A DNA stretch of 64,000 nt from the human T2T-CHM13v2.0 reference genome, Homo sapiens. Under the pieces are notes generated by a model. The model searched no databases and was not told the DNA's origin. It was given only the letters and a program-made list of their open reading frames with translations. The position numbers and the translations under genes were made by a program. This document shows, piece by piece, positions 1-13,005 of the stretch. The first letter of the stretch is position 1, and the number at the start of each line of letters is the position of its first letter. Where the stretch lies: the NCBI RefSeq assembly GCF_009914755.1, contig NC_060925.1; one strand, 5' to 3'.

Positions 1-254
1 ACTTATGGACATCTTACTTTCCCACTTAATAAATATTTGGGTCTATCTGTTGCCTCACATCCCGTGTGAGTTGGTATGAGAACCGGTCTGACTATTTTGT
101 ATAGAAACAAACACTTAGACATGTGCCTTTGGGCAAATATCTGCAACACTGGTAATACTTTGCATATGTATACTTTTTTCAGTTTCTCAAACAAGTGGCA
201 ACATGGTGAGATTGAAAGGTTTGGGTCTGTAACAGCCTCCAATTTTATCCTATT

Positions 255-445
255 TACTTACTCTGTGTGAAACAGAAACATCAGTTAATATATTAGAATT
301 TCAATTTTTTCATTGGTAAAAGTGATGACAATTATAACTACTTTTAAGTATGGTTAAAAGGATTAACACTGCGAGAGAGAGAGAGAGTGTGTGTGTGTTT
401 GGCAGGGTGGTAGCACATGTTAAGTATTATTCAACAGATGTTAGA
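255..445 (+). mobile_element. MIR fragment with embedded (GA)n(GT)n microsatellite
   Basis: Resembles MIR 3' half (…ttttcattggtaaaagtgatgacaatt…aggattaa…tagcacatgttaagtattattcaacagatgttag). Confidence 0.6.
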
Positions 446-1380
446 CTCCTTTCCTGTATGAAGTCAGGACGACTATCCTTATTCATTAATTAAACACAAG
501 CTAAGAACCTGTGCCATATCAAAAAGAGTAAATCAAACAAATAAGAAAACTGAACTATAAAATTAGAAGTGAGTTTCCGGGGGTCACACAAAAGAAAGAC
601 TTTAAGGCTAGAAACCATATTTCCTGGTTCTCAATCCATTGTCTATTCTATTGCTATACTTTTTATTCATTTATTTATTCATTCATTCAATCAATCATCC
701 GTTCCTCCCTTAATCATTTGCACTCATTCTATTCAAGGGCTTCTTATATAGCTGTATAGGTTGTACATGTCATAATAGCTGTGTGACCTGGCCTCTTCCA
801 AACTTCACAAACCATGCTCTTCCAACGCTTACTATAGCATTGTTCTTATTCTAGCTACCCTGTGCATTTTTCAGTTTGCTTGTATTGAAATTGTGTACCA
901 TATTATTAGCCTCAGTAACAAGTTCAAATGAAGAGTGACAAGCGAGACTTTGTATCTTTCCTCTCATCCAGGTATTCTCACTTTGCCTCCTCAGAAGTTC
1001 ATTTAAATAAAAGCAATCAATGTATCCATGTTGGCACTTGGGGATGGCCAGCCTGGAAAACGTCTATAAAATGTGTCCCTTGTGCTACAATTGGCTAAAG
1101 CATCATTAAACAGAGGAACAGATTCTATGCAGCAGGTTTGTGATAATAGCATTGTGTTCCTTCTCATTGAGGAGGAAGGCTTTAGCCAGGGACAATTTCA
1201 ATTTTGGTCTGGTCTCAACTGCTCGTTCATCCAAATTATTCAGATTAGCTTCTGAGTCTTTCCCCCATTATGGACCTAAAACAGCTTTGCTCTGGGGTCC
1301 TGATTATTTGCAATGGGAGGTCTCTATACTATTTTTATGAAACTGTTTGTGTTTTTCAGGGTTTACTTCAAATATTGAGG

Positions 1381-1772
1381 TATATTAGTCTGTTCTTACA
1401 CTGCTATAAATAAATCCCTGAGACTGGGTGATTTATAAAGAAAAAAGGTTAATTCGTTCATGGTTCTGCAGACTGCACAGAAAGCATGATGTTGGCTTCT
1501 GCTGGGCTTCTGGGGAGCCTCAGGAAACTTACAATTATGGTGGAAGGCGAAGTAGGAGTGAGCACCTCATATGGCCAGAGCAGGAAGAAGTGGAGGGAGA
1601 TGCCACATATATTTAGGCAACCAGACTCACGAGAGCTCACTATCACAAGAACAGTACCAAGGGGGAAATCCACCCCCATGATCCATTCACCTCCCACTAG
1701 GCCTCACCTCCAACTCTGGGGATTATAATTCATTATGAGAATTGGGCAGGGAGACAGACCTAAACCATATCA
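1381..1772 (-). mobile_element. MaLR solo LTR, MST family (MSTB-like)
   Basis: Termini tatattagtc…aaaccatatca; perfect 5-bp TSD tgagg at 1376-1380 and 1773-1777. Confidence 0.9.
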
Positions 1773-2871
1773 TGAGGATTCTTTAAAGAATTGGTAAGAA
1801 AATTTTGCTTGGTCTCCAGATACTAACAAATGACAGGTAAAAAGTTACTAAATATCAAGTCTTGATTTTTATTTCTGCTTATAGGACCCAACAGATTTTT
1901 AGTGGTCTGTGTACTCAGGCCAGCTGCCTCTTTATTTTTCAGTTAAGGCTTAGTATGTATCTTTTTGTCTGTCTTTTAAAAATACACATGTTATTTCTTC
2001 CATTGCATGGCAGGAGGAAGTATTTTAAGAGTCCTTGAGTTAGGAAGGGTAAATTTCTGGATGGAGTCCAAGATTACAGCAGCCTCCTCCACTGGGGAGA
2101 AACCTGGACAACATTAAATTTCCCATGTAGCATCATTAAACATTCTCTTGTTGCCCTAGTTCATGATTTTATTGTTTAACCAGTTCACACTGACAGTCTT
2201 GTGGGTTATAGTTCTGTTTGACTGTCGAGTACATACTATTTCCATTATATTACATTCCAATATGTTCTGAAGGAACATGATACATGTGTGCATGGAGGAA
2301 ATGTAAGTGACACCAAGTGGGCAGTTCTATTTCTCCTTGAATCTGACTTAATTTTAAGGATTGACTTTTTCCCCTCCTGTTAGCAAATTGTATTGTTCAC
2401 CTTTACTTTGATATCCTGTATTTTGGACCTCTTCAAATTTTACAAGATTTTAAAACCCTAGTTCCTCCATTCCAGCTAATAGGAACTATTTTGCTTTTTT
2501 GCTATTTTGAAATTTCACTGGCTTTGAAGTTGATGTGTTTATTTTTATATTACTCTGTTCAGAAGAGTAGCTAACACCATTTAATAACTACCATACACTT
2601 GTCTAGCTTCTTGGTTGCTTCGTTTCATAGGTATCAATAGCTTCTTTTCATTAAATTGTTAATAAACTTGCAGATTAATAATGACTTTCTTGAGGGCAGA
2701 AATTAGGACTTTTATTCTATTGAATCCTCAGGATATAACCCAAAAACTGGCCACAGAGTTAATGTTTTATAAATATATGTTGCTTATTCTCATCTTCAGT
2801 AGAAGAAAACCCATCAAATAATAGCCATAAAACATAAAAATTAATGAAAGTATAAAAACTGCACAGGTGAG

Positions 2872-3227
2872 TGATATGGTCAGGCTTTGTTTCCCCACCC
2901 AAATCTCATCTTGAATTGTAATTCCCGTAATCCCCATGTGTCCAAGGGAGAGACCAGGTGGAGGTAATTGCATCATGGGAGTGATTTCCCCAGTGCTGTT
3001 CTTGTGACAGTGAGTTCCCATGAGATCTTTTACACTTCTCTCTGCACTTCTCCTCCCGGCCATCTTGTGAAGAAGGTGCCTTACTTCCCCTTCGCCTTCC
3101 GCCATGATTGTAAGTTTCCTGAGGCCTCCCCAGCCATGTGGAACTGGGAGTCAATTAAGCCTCTTTTCTTTATAAATTACCCAGTCTCGGGCATTTTTTA
3201 ATAACAGTATGAAAATGGACGAATACA
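2872..3227 (+). mobile_element. MaLR solo LTR, THE1 family
   Basis: tgatatggt…gaataca termini, ~356 bp, THE1 motifs (ccatgattgtaagtttcctgaggcctccccagccatgtggaactg); TSD gtgag/gtggg. Confidence 0.9.
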
Positions 3228-3232
3228 GTGGG

Positions 3233-3460
3233 TAAGAACATAGATTTTAGAGCCACACAGATCCAAGTCCAAATCCTGGATATGCTGCTGGATAATGATG
3301 TAATCTGGATAAGTTAATGATATCTCTTTGTGTCCTCATCTATAAAATGCAGATAATATCTGTCTTATAAAATTTTAATGAAAACTGAATAAAATAGCGC
3401 ATGAAAGCACAATACTTAGCTCATAGTTAACACTCAATAAATAGTATATATCATGTTAAT
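3233..3460 (+). mobile_element. MIR
   Basis: MIR core (aaatcctgg…aagttaa…cctcatctataaaatg…cactcaataaat). Confidence 0.75.
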
Positions 3461-3592
3461 TATTAGCAGTAGTATCAATATTAGTATTACTAGTAGTATT
3501 AATATCAATATTGAAAGAGTGAGATTTATAGGATTCCTGCATCCTTTTTGGCATCAGATCCTAATTCTGACATTTACTAGGGTTTTTCTCCA

Positions 3593-3872
3593 GTTTTTAT
3601 TGAGTTATAATTTACAAATTTAAATATATGTGTATTTAAGATGTACAACATAGCATTTTTATGTAACTATACTTTGTGTAATGATTTCCATAATCAAGTT
3701 AATTAACACGTGTAATCTCGTATAGTTATTATACTATTTTCTTTTTTTGTGGTAAGAACACTTAAGATCTGCTTTCTTAGCAAATTTCAAGTACATAATA
3801 CATGATTATTAACAATAATCACCACGCTGTACAATAGATCTTCAAGCTTATTCACTGAAAGCTGAAAGCTAT
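3593..3872 (-). mobile_element. L1MA-type (L1MA9/10-like) 3' end
   Basis: gtggtaagaacacttaagatct…agcaaatttcaagtacataataca…gctgtacaatagatc matches an antisense old L1 3' UTR. Confidence 0.8.
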
Positions 3873-3886
3873 TTGTTCTGTGGCCT

Positions 3887-4320
3887 GTGTCAGGTAAGGT
3901 CTTTCGAGAAGCCGATGCCAAGACAGGATTAGATGTGTAAGAGGCTTGTTGTGGAAAGTGGTTATGAAGGATAAAGATGGATGGGACAAGAGAAGGCAGG
4001 TGATGCCGTTCTGGCACCTGTGAAAGGGGGGGTGGGAAGGAAGGAGGCTATTGAGGAGCTGCAGTTCTGATTATGGTCCTGAGAAATCCCTGGCTAGGCC
4101 AATGCAGGATCTCAGAGCAGATTTATAGGATTCCTGCATTAAGCAGGAGTGGACTAACTATGGTGCCACTGCTGTGTTCTGTCATGTCCTGGAGGCAGGG
4201 CAGGTGAAGTATGGCCTTAGCATGAATGTCAAGATCTGAAGATGCAGCCACATTTTCACCTATGCTTCCAGCAGCAGCTTTTCCTGAATGGAGATCTGAC
4301 TAGTGCACCTCCATGCCCAC
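3887..4320 (-). mobile_element. Old ERVL LTR (LTR16-like)
   Basis: tgtcaggtaaggtc…gaagccgatgccaagacagga…cacctgtgaaaggg resembles the antisense LTR16 group. Confidence 0.5.
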
Positions 4321-5639
4321 CCCTTGGTCTTAAGGTCTATTTTTCCACTTGTTAGGGTCTCTGTTTGTCATCAGTGGCATGAACGACACACACAAAAAAC
4401 TCCATTGAGGTAGTTAGATTTCACTTGAATGATTTGCCTGAAGTACCTGGAACGTAGTCAAGTGTTCAGAAAATGTTCATTCCTTTCCTTTTCCCCCAGT
4501 TTTTCCTTCTATTTTTAACTTCCCATCCCATAAAGGTAGATACCCAATCTTTACTGAATACTTTCAGTGACAAGATTCCAGCAAATAACTCAACATGGAA
4601 AAATCCTCACTTTTGTCTCATCTTGTAATCTTGCGTAAAATGTACTGACTAAAGTTGAATTACCCAGTTAATGGATTTGACCCTCTTGTTCTTTTATCTA
4701 TGCAGTCAGCCTTGGAAAGAGAAAAAAAACAGAAAAAATGAAAAGTAATTCATATTTGGCATTAGATTTTATTTCTTGAGGGAATAAAACTTGTGTCTCA
4801 GTGAGATTAAATCATTTATGGAAACACTATGTCTTGAATGCTTTGTCCTATTCAAGTCGTGGGGGCACATTCACAAAATAGAGCTGCTTAGATCAGAGAA
4901 GATGAGCTGAATGGGAAAGATTGGTATCTTCTCAGTGTTCTCAGAGACAAACCCTTCTGAATTCCAGCCAAATAATAGAGCACACAAAACTAGGGCATAG
5001 GTTGAAATAATTACATATTACACAGAAAAATTGAAAAATATAAAACATAATTAATGGGATTAGAATTCTACAAAATATTACATAAGCTATGGCAAGCAGA
5101 TGATATATAAATACACATAGTTTTTAAATGATTCTTTCTATACACACTCTTTTAAAAGTTGCAGTTGGGAGAAGCACACACTTTGCTTTTTGCTTCTGCC
5201 TTGACTGTAACACATCACAAAAGTGTTGTTAGATTCAAAACACTTTCATGGAGAAGCTTTCCCAGCTCCAAACACAATCAGTTTAAATTAATTATTTTCC
5301 AGATTGCATAATGTTGTGTGGTTGTCTTTGGATGCCTTATAAGCAATATTTAAAAACATATATTACTCTCTGCAGAAAATTTCTCAGTAAAGCACTTTTA
5401 TTTCCATGGTTGGCTTAACAAGGTTAATCCTGTTTGTATCTGTCCATTTTGGATATTTGAATTGAGTTCTGCTGAGATTCTTTCTATGAGATGGAAGAGA
5501 GAGAACTCTCAGGTTTTTGTGATGGCATTTGAAGCTCTACATGGTCAGATCGCCTACTAAAGAACTTCAAGAATTCCTCACTGCTCATAGGAAAAAAGGC
5601 AGATCATTTGGCTTAGACTTCATTTCTAAATAATTACAT

Positions 5640-6630
5640 ATTTAAAGTTACTAACAATACAAAGAATAATGAAATGAGCACCCATATATCCAAAACCCAG
5701 CCTTGCCAAATCTGAACATTTTGCTATTTCAGATTTTTGCTATGATTGAATCATTTTTATTCTAAAATGAGTCTGAAAGTTAGAGCTAGAGTTGTAGGCT
5801 CCTGCGATATCCTTCATCTCATCAAATTCCCACTCTTCCAAGAAGTAACCAATGTCCTAATTTGATGTGCATCATTCATGCAAGTGTTTTTGTCTTTCTA
5901 TTATATATGCAATAGAGTATGTCTAAAAATAATTCATGACATTTACTAGGTTTTAAAATGTGCGTAGAAATTATATTCTATATATCCCACTGAAATGTAT
6001 TTTTGTATGTGGTAGAGGAGTGAGGATACACTTGTTTTTTCTTTTACAAATGAATGTTACCACACTTCTTCATGTATAGTTTATAATCCTTCCTACCTCA
6101 TTTTGTAGATTTGTTTAGGTGTTTTTCTTTTCTTCAATTTCTCTTTAAAACAGTTGTGGTAAGCTACATTTTTCTAGAAAATGGCTCATTTCTTCTACAT
6201 TTTCAAACTTATTAGCAAAGTTTTCCAGAGATTAGCTTTAATATTTTTCATTTTCTGTTATTTTTATAATACATCCACTTTTCAAACTTTTAAGGCCTAT
6301 GATTAACTTTGCTGTCTACTTTGTTTCCTGACTAACTTCTCCAGAGTTTCTTCTATTATATTAAATTAATTTTTATAATGAAACACAGCTTTTGATTTTA
6401 ACAATTCTCTCTATTATAGGTTTGTTTTCTATTTCTTTAATTTCTATTTTCATACTTCTTATTTCTTCATTTGTGTGCTCTTTGGGTTTACACTTCAAAA
6501 ATGTTTCCAATTTATTAAATTGTAAGCCTAGCGTTTTAATTTTCATGCCTTTTGTTTATAATACAGCAATGTCAAGTTACAATTTTTTCTCCAATTACTG
6601 CTTTAATTGATTTCTACTTGTTTTGACATT
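5640..6630 (-). mobile_element. Old L1M (L1ME-like) fragments
   Basis: T-rich antisense L1 3' end and ORF2-like text (catttcttctacattttcaaacttattagc; ttttctatttctttaatttct). Confidence 0.6.
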
Positions 6631-6634
6631 ATCA

Positions 6635-8140
6635 TTCACAGAGTTTATATTCTTGGGTGGAGTGGTAAAAGGTGATGAACAAAAATAATTAATAAGTGGT
6701 AAAATATATTTTATAGGTGACAAATGCCATAAAATATGTTCAAGGTAAAGTAATGAGGAATTCTGGGGGTAGAGATGGGATTTTTGCTATTTTAAATAGA
6801 ATTATTAGGGAAGGCCTTACTCACAAGATGATATTTGTGTAAAAACTTGAAGGAAGCACCCTTGCCAATATCTAGGGGAAAAGCATTTAAACAGAGGGAA
6901 CTGAAATTTCAAAAACTGAGGTAGAAGCAGGGTTGAAGTATTTTTCTCTTGAGTTTCCATTTCTTTATATATTAAACTAAAGTTTGGCCTGCAGCAGGGT
7001 TTCCTGACTTTCAAACTTTGGACATTTGCAAATAACCTTCCTGTTATTTACCTTATTCACATACCACCCAAAGAGTGTATAATGTATTGCCAAAAAATGC
7101 AGAGAGATGGAGTAGAGGTACTACTTATGTTAGCTTCAACCTAAGTAGGAACTTGTTTTTTGAATATTTATTAAGATAAATTTATAAATTTAATAATAAT
7201 TAAATTGTCTGTGTGAAAACTACAATCATTCAGTATTACCAGTGAAATAAGTGCCGCATTTAGGAAAACAGCTTTAAATTAGAAAACTTAAACTCTTGTT
7301 TAGTTCTATTTCCATATGTTTATAAATTGACTACTGAATGAACATTAGATAATTCTATAATTTTCCATAGATATAATTTTTCTGATTCTCCTTCAAAATC
7401 TAAAATACCCTAAGTGTGATAAGAAATGTTGTTGGTTATCAGTATGATGGTCCCTGACTTATAATGATTCAACTTAATAACTTTTCAACTTTACAATGAT
7501 GTGAAATTTTCACAATCTCAATTTAATGTACAGTATTCAATAAATTACATGAAATGTTAAATACTTTATTATAAAATAAGCTTTGTGTTAGGTGGTCTTG
7601 CCCAACTGTAATGTAAGGCTTATGTAAGTGTTCTGAGCACACTCAAGTAGGGTAGGCTAAGCTATGATGTTCAGTAGATTAAGTGTATTAAAAGCATTTT
7701 TAACACATAATATTTTCAACTTATGATGGGTTTATTGGGATGTAATTACACTGTAAGTTGAGGAGCATCTGTATTCTTTTTGTAACTTTTGTTTTAAGTT
7801 CAGGGGTACATGTGCCGGTTTGTTAAAGTATTTGAGGCAGCAAGGAAGTAGGTATGGCTGGAGCAGAATGAACATGGAACATATTTTGAGAATTAACAGG
7901 ATATAAATTATTTTAAGTACTTTTACCACTAATGAGATAGGAAGCTACTGGCAGGTTTTAAGCCGAGGATTGACAGAGTCTGACTTTTATTTTTTTTAAG
8001 TTTCAAATGTTGAGAGCAGACTCTAGGGATAAGGACAGAATCAGGGAGGCCAGGTGAAGAAGCTACTAAAATAATCCTGACAAACAATGATAGCAGTTGG
8101 ATTGTATTCATAGTGGTGAGTGAAATTAGTGAAAAAAAAA
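6635..8140 (-). mobile_element. L2 (L2a-like), split by later insertions at ~6930-7825
   Basis: L2 antisense motifs (agggaaggcctt…aaacttgaagga…gggaaaagcatt; ggttttaagc…gaagctact) on both sides of the gap. Confidence 0.65.
7445..7770 (-). mobile_element. MER47A (TcMar-Tigger MITE)
   Basis: TIR-like ends gatggtccctgactta / taagttgaggagcatctg followed by TA; internal taggctaagctatgatgttc. Confidence 0.85.
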
Positions 8141-8149
8141 AGTAAATAT

Positions 8150-9200
8150 TATAGTTGTCATTTTTCACATATTACTCTTCCTGCCATTTCTGTTTATCTT
8201 ATTTTAAATTCCATCTTCCATGTCTCCTAAATTTCCTAAATGTTTATCTGTCTGTACTTAGTAGTTTCTTCAGGTCTATTTTTCATTTCACTAATTATTT
8301 CTTAAGCTTGTTTTAGGCTACTGTTTATACTTCCTTCCAATTTTAATATTAACAACTGTGTTTTTCATTTATATATTCTTTCTCAAATACATCTTTTTAA
8401 TGATGTCTCATCCTTCTTTCATATATATCTTTTATATCTTTAGTCATTTTAAAGATTGTACCTTTAATCATATTAAACATACCTAATAGTTTCTATCTAT
8501 TATCTAAAGTTCTTAGAGGCCTGTTGCTATTGCTTTGCTACCTTTCCCTAGTGATTGTTACTTCAGGAACTATGTAATTTTTCTTTGTGAGCTAATTTTC
8601 AATGAGGTTTTAACTTGGGAAACATTTTGTAAACTTGTTTGAAGGTATGGCCCATCAAATGGATTTGTGCTTGCTTCTTCTTGGAGCCCCCAAAATAATA
8701 GCTGTGTGTATCCCTTTTATGTTAATTTCTCAGCTTGTAGTTTTCCAGATCATTCATACAGCATTGATTCACTACTGTTGCTGTTGCAAAGATTGTCACA
8801 CTCCAGTCTTAAGTGGCAAAAGTCTTTTGTAATAAATCACTAGAAATGAAAATTTTAATTTTGTGGCCAGGTTGACAAACAAATTTTATTTGTGCCTTCC
8901 TATAATGATAGATTTCTTAAACCTTTTATTCTATTTTTGTAGCCCTAGGAAAGCACTTAAACTGTGGGTAGATGTCAGTTATGCTTCCCTCTATCCCCAA
9001 CATTTCAGGCCTAATATCTCCTTCTTCGTCCATTTACATGCATAAAAGTCAAGAGCTTTTTTAGTCCCAGGGTTTCCTTATGAACTTACTGGTGAGGTGT
9101 GCAGGGTTTTTGTTTCTGTTTTTTTTTTTTTTTTTTTTAGTTTCTGTGGATTTTCCTTTCTTGTTGGTTCACTTATGCCTTTAAATGGTATTTGTTGTGT
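8150..9200 (-). mobile_element. Old L1M/HAL1-like 5' region fragment
   Basis: Antisense ORF1-region text (tttcttcaggtctatttttcatttcactaatt). Confidence 0.45.
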
Positions 9201-9847
9201 TTTATGGAGCTGTCGAATGTGACATATTGACAGAAGTAGATGGTGAACTGTTTTGACACTTTGTGATCTGTTACTAATTTACCTTTCTGATTTTATATTT
9301 ATTACCCATTGATTTACTCATACTAGCTTAATGACTTGGCCAAATTGACAAGTTATTACATTGCTTCTGCTGTTTTTTTCTCCTGGATTTTTTCCATTGC
9401 TAATCTCTTAAAACCATATATAACCCATATATTAAGGCTCAGCTTAAATGTCAATCCTTTCAGGAATCTGCCTTTCATATGCCAATGGGCAGGGGTATTT
9501 GCTCCTATGATGTCTTATCTTCACCTCTTCATTAGTGCCCATGGGCTTCCCCATCTATTATGCTTATTGTTATGCTCTTACCTTCTCCAGCATCACCCTG
9601 CCCTAGCATTAGACTGAGAACATATGATCCAGGACAAGAGCTGTGCTTGATTCATTCTGTATGTAACACAGGTATAGCACTATGTCTTTCAGAGTCTGAG
9701 AGTATATTAAATAAAATTGTGTAAAAGTAGAGTTTCAAGCAGAAGCTGTAATATAAACATACCATGAATGGAATTGGTATATCCAGTGAATGCTTAGATT
9801 AGATATCTGTAAATCTATTCCAATTTTAAGAACTAATAAAAAAATAA

Positions 9848-10780
9848 TAAAAACAGTAGGAGGCAGCCAAATGCCTAGGCAGATAGGGGTAGGTCCCCAG
9901 TGAAAACCCACCTCCAAGCCAAAGACAGTTTAAAGCCTAAAAGACTAGGTACAAGTTAAATCCTTAGACTGGATTGAGAACTTGTCTTCCTGTTTGGCAT
10001 GCTTTCCTCTTGATTCCCACCCTTCACCTATTTTACCTATACCTACCCTTTCCTAATTGTTTTTCTATGCTGTCATGCCCACCTTTGAGTGGTGACTTTG
10101 CTTCAACATTTATTGCATACTCACAAACCAATCAGCATGCACTTCCCATCCTGTGCCTATAAAGACCCCAGAATCAGTTGGTAGAGGGGGAGACAGCCTG
10201 CCTTTGGGGAAGAGACAACCTGACTTTGGGGAAGACCATCTGCCCTTCCCATTCCCTCTCTAGTTTCCCTCTCCACTGAGAGCCATTTTCATTGCTCAAT
10301 AAAATTCTCTGCCTTCACCATCCTTCAATCATCTGCATGACTTCATTCTTCTTGGACAATGGACAAGAACCTGGGACCCACCAAGTGTGGTTACCCAGAA
10401 ACGCTGTCACGCTGGCTCTTTGCCCTTGCTGGTGGAGGGCAGCCACCTCACACAATGAGGCAAGGGGCCAACTGAGTTGCTAACATACCACCGTCCGTGG
10501 AAGGTGGAACTAAAGGAGCACTGTAACATCCCCTCTGGGGCTTCAGGATCATGGGCACCCTCACATGGGCACTGCCACATTCCCCTCAAGGCGACACACC
10601 TGATCTGACCACAGGCGCTGCACGAAGCTTGTTCCTGTATCGGCACTCAGAGCGGCTGGCTGGGTTCCTCACTCACTCGCTCGTGTGCTCCCTCCCACAA
10701 GGGGTTGAGTGCAGTAGGCTGAGTAGAGGGGGCACCCCTGCCATGAGTTCAGCAAAGGGGTCAAGAAAAATCCTGCATCA
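9848..10780 (+). mobile_element. ERV1 solo LTR, LTR27/LTR28/MER52 group
   Basis: ggaggcagccaaatgcctaggcagataggg start, aaaatcctgcatca end, CCAAT 10128, TATAAA 10158, AATAAA 10298; 4-bp TSD ataa. Confidence 0.8.
10128..10163 (+). promoter_or_regulatory. LTR U3 core promoter motifs (CCAAT box + TATA box)
   Basis: ccaatcagc at 10128 and tataaa at 10158 inside the ERV1 LTR; activity unknown. Confidence 0.5.
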
Positions 10781-11319
10781 ATAATAGCCCAAATGGTTAA
10801 GCCTATTATGTTTCAGGCACTTTGCTAGGTGCTTTACTTAGATGATCTCTAATTCCCCTGACAATTCAGAAAAACAGATGAGGTTAAGGTAGTTGCAGAA
10901 GATCAGAGGCAGTAGAAGTCAGAGCTGAGATTTGGATCTAGATCTATCTAGCTTCCAAAGACAACAAAAGGCAAATGTACATAATTGCCAAAAGAGGAAA
11001 GCAATGAGCTTTAGTGAAGATAAAGTATTGTTTATTCCAGGTAGATGGTCAGAGACGGTAGACTGAAGTAGATGAAATTGGAAGAATGCCACTCATTTGT
11101 TAAGGTACAGTTCCAGTGCCCCCTCATCCAGGAAGCACTGACTCCCCTGCCTAGATAGTTCCTTCCTTCTGGTTTTCCTCAGTCCTCTCTGTATTTACCA
11201 CAATTTTTACATTTTAATCACTTGATTTTAATAATCTGTTTATGGGTTTTTTTCTCCACTAGCCAATGACTGTCTTAAGGACAGGAACTTTAATTTTTTT
11301 TACTCTTTTTTTCATGCTA

Positions 11320-11545
11320 TTCTCATAAAATATTGATGTGTTTCTATCAAAATATTTACATAACATATTCTGGTCTCAGAGATTCATAATGCAAATAAAT
11401 AAATAAAGGTTCTAAGAACTCTTGCAAAAGAGATTTGTTTAGCCTCAGCTAAAGTAACATTTCCCAATTCTGTTTGACCACAGATCTCCTTTTTTTTTTT
11501 TTAGAACACTTACTGATATTTGTGTACTAATATTTTGGAAAATAA
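11320..11545. mobile_element. hAT-Charlie MITE (MER112/MER113-like)
   Basis: aaggttctaagaactcttgc…tttcccaattctgtttgaccac resembles the recalled consensus. Confidence 0.5.
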
Positions 11546-13005
11546 ACCTTGATATAGTTTTCATACATTACTTTCTTTAATGTTTCTTTTCTCTTTGTTT
11601 TTGGGGTGATAGATAAGTAGTGGTGTTCACTAATTTTATAATATAAAATAAATTGTCATCATATCAATTGCTAAAAGAAAGTATGCTGTGTAGCAAGCAG
11701 TAAACAGTTTGTTAAAGAAAACTGCTCTCTTGGTAAGAAAAAGTACTTGGCATTTCTGTCTTTGAGGTAGCCACACTTGTCCTAGCAATGTGTGTGTGTC
11801 TGCATGGTGTGTGTGTGTGTGTGGCAGGGGGGTATGTGGTATGTGTGGTGGGGCATCCATAAATCCAATCCAAATTTGCTCCTCACTTTGATTACTCTTT
11901 TAGATTGTTACTTCGTTTCTTCACAAGCATAGACTTCTTTGTCTGCTGCTTCTGTTGAAGCACATAAATCCAAGTGGCAGCTGTAATATTTAGAAGTACA
12001 AAATACATGGGAAAGGGCTCAACAGTTTTCTCAGTGCTAATGGCAGCCAAGGGCTGAGCTGTGTGTGTCATAAATGGTAGGGTTGTCCAAAGGAAAAAAT
12101 CCTTTGTAGGCAGTTTTATCCTCTTTAAATTTTTGCTTTTAAAGAGTGGAATCTTTCAGTAGCAGAAGCGGTTACAATCAAACCTCACCTGTTTTTTACA
12201 TCTCACAGCTCCTTGGGGAACACAGCAAATGAAGATGACCCAGGGAAAAAGGGGTAGTGATGCCAAGTTCTTAGCAGAACGGCTTTCCAAAAGACGTGCT
12301 ATGCAGAGGTGCTTTTCTGTTTCATAACCATTTTGGTGTCTCTTGCCCCATGAAATGACTCTAGAAAAGTCTCCTTTTCTGCAGCCATAAATGCCTCTAC
12401 TATGATCCTCAGGAAAACACTCATAAAACACACTCATGTGAGGAATTCAATGTTACTTGTCTCATGAGTCCCCAGTATACTACATATGCAGGCATAGACC
12501 TATATTTAATACCAAAACATTTGGAAATGGTGCACCCCAAGATTCTCAGTTTCCAGTATAATTATAAAGCACTTGCTAAAGTAGAGTGAAAAAGATGTTT
12601 TTATTCCTTAATGTTGTTTTTGTTTTATTTACTATGCTTGGTAAGTAGGTAGACTCCTAAATAAAAAACAAAAGTTAATTTTAAAATATTGCTGGTAACA
12701 TTTTGATCAGGAAAAATACCATTATTGAGGACCTACCATGGATCAGCATTATGCATTTTATTCCTCTAAATTCTCACAATGCTCTTATAAGGTAACATTT
12801 ATTCTCATTTTACATATGAGGAAAAAGATCTCAGAGGCTGAGAGGTCACAGAATTATGAAATGCTAGAGCTAATGTCTGAAACAAGGTTTTCAACATCTC
12901 CAAGGGTATAATAGGAATGCTGGAGGAGTGGAGGCAATTTCAGGTCAAGTTATCTATGAGATAGTATCTGCAGCAAGACATGAGGACATGAGCCTAGAGT
13001 CACTG

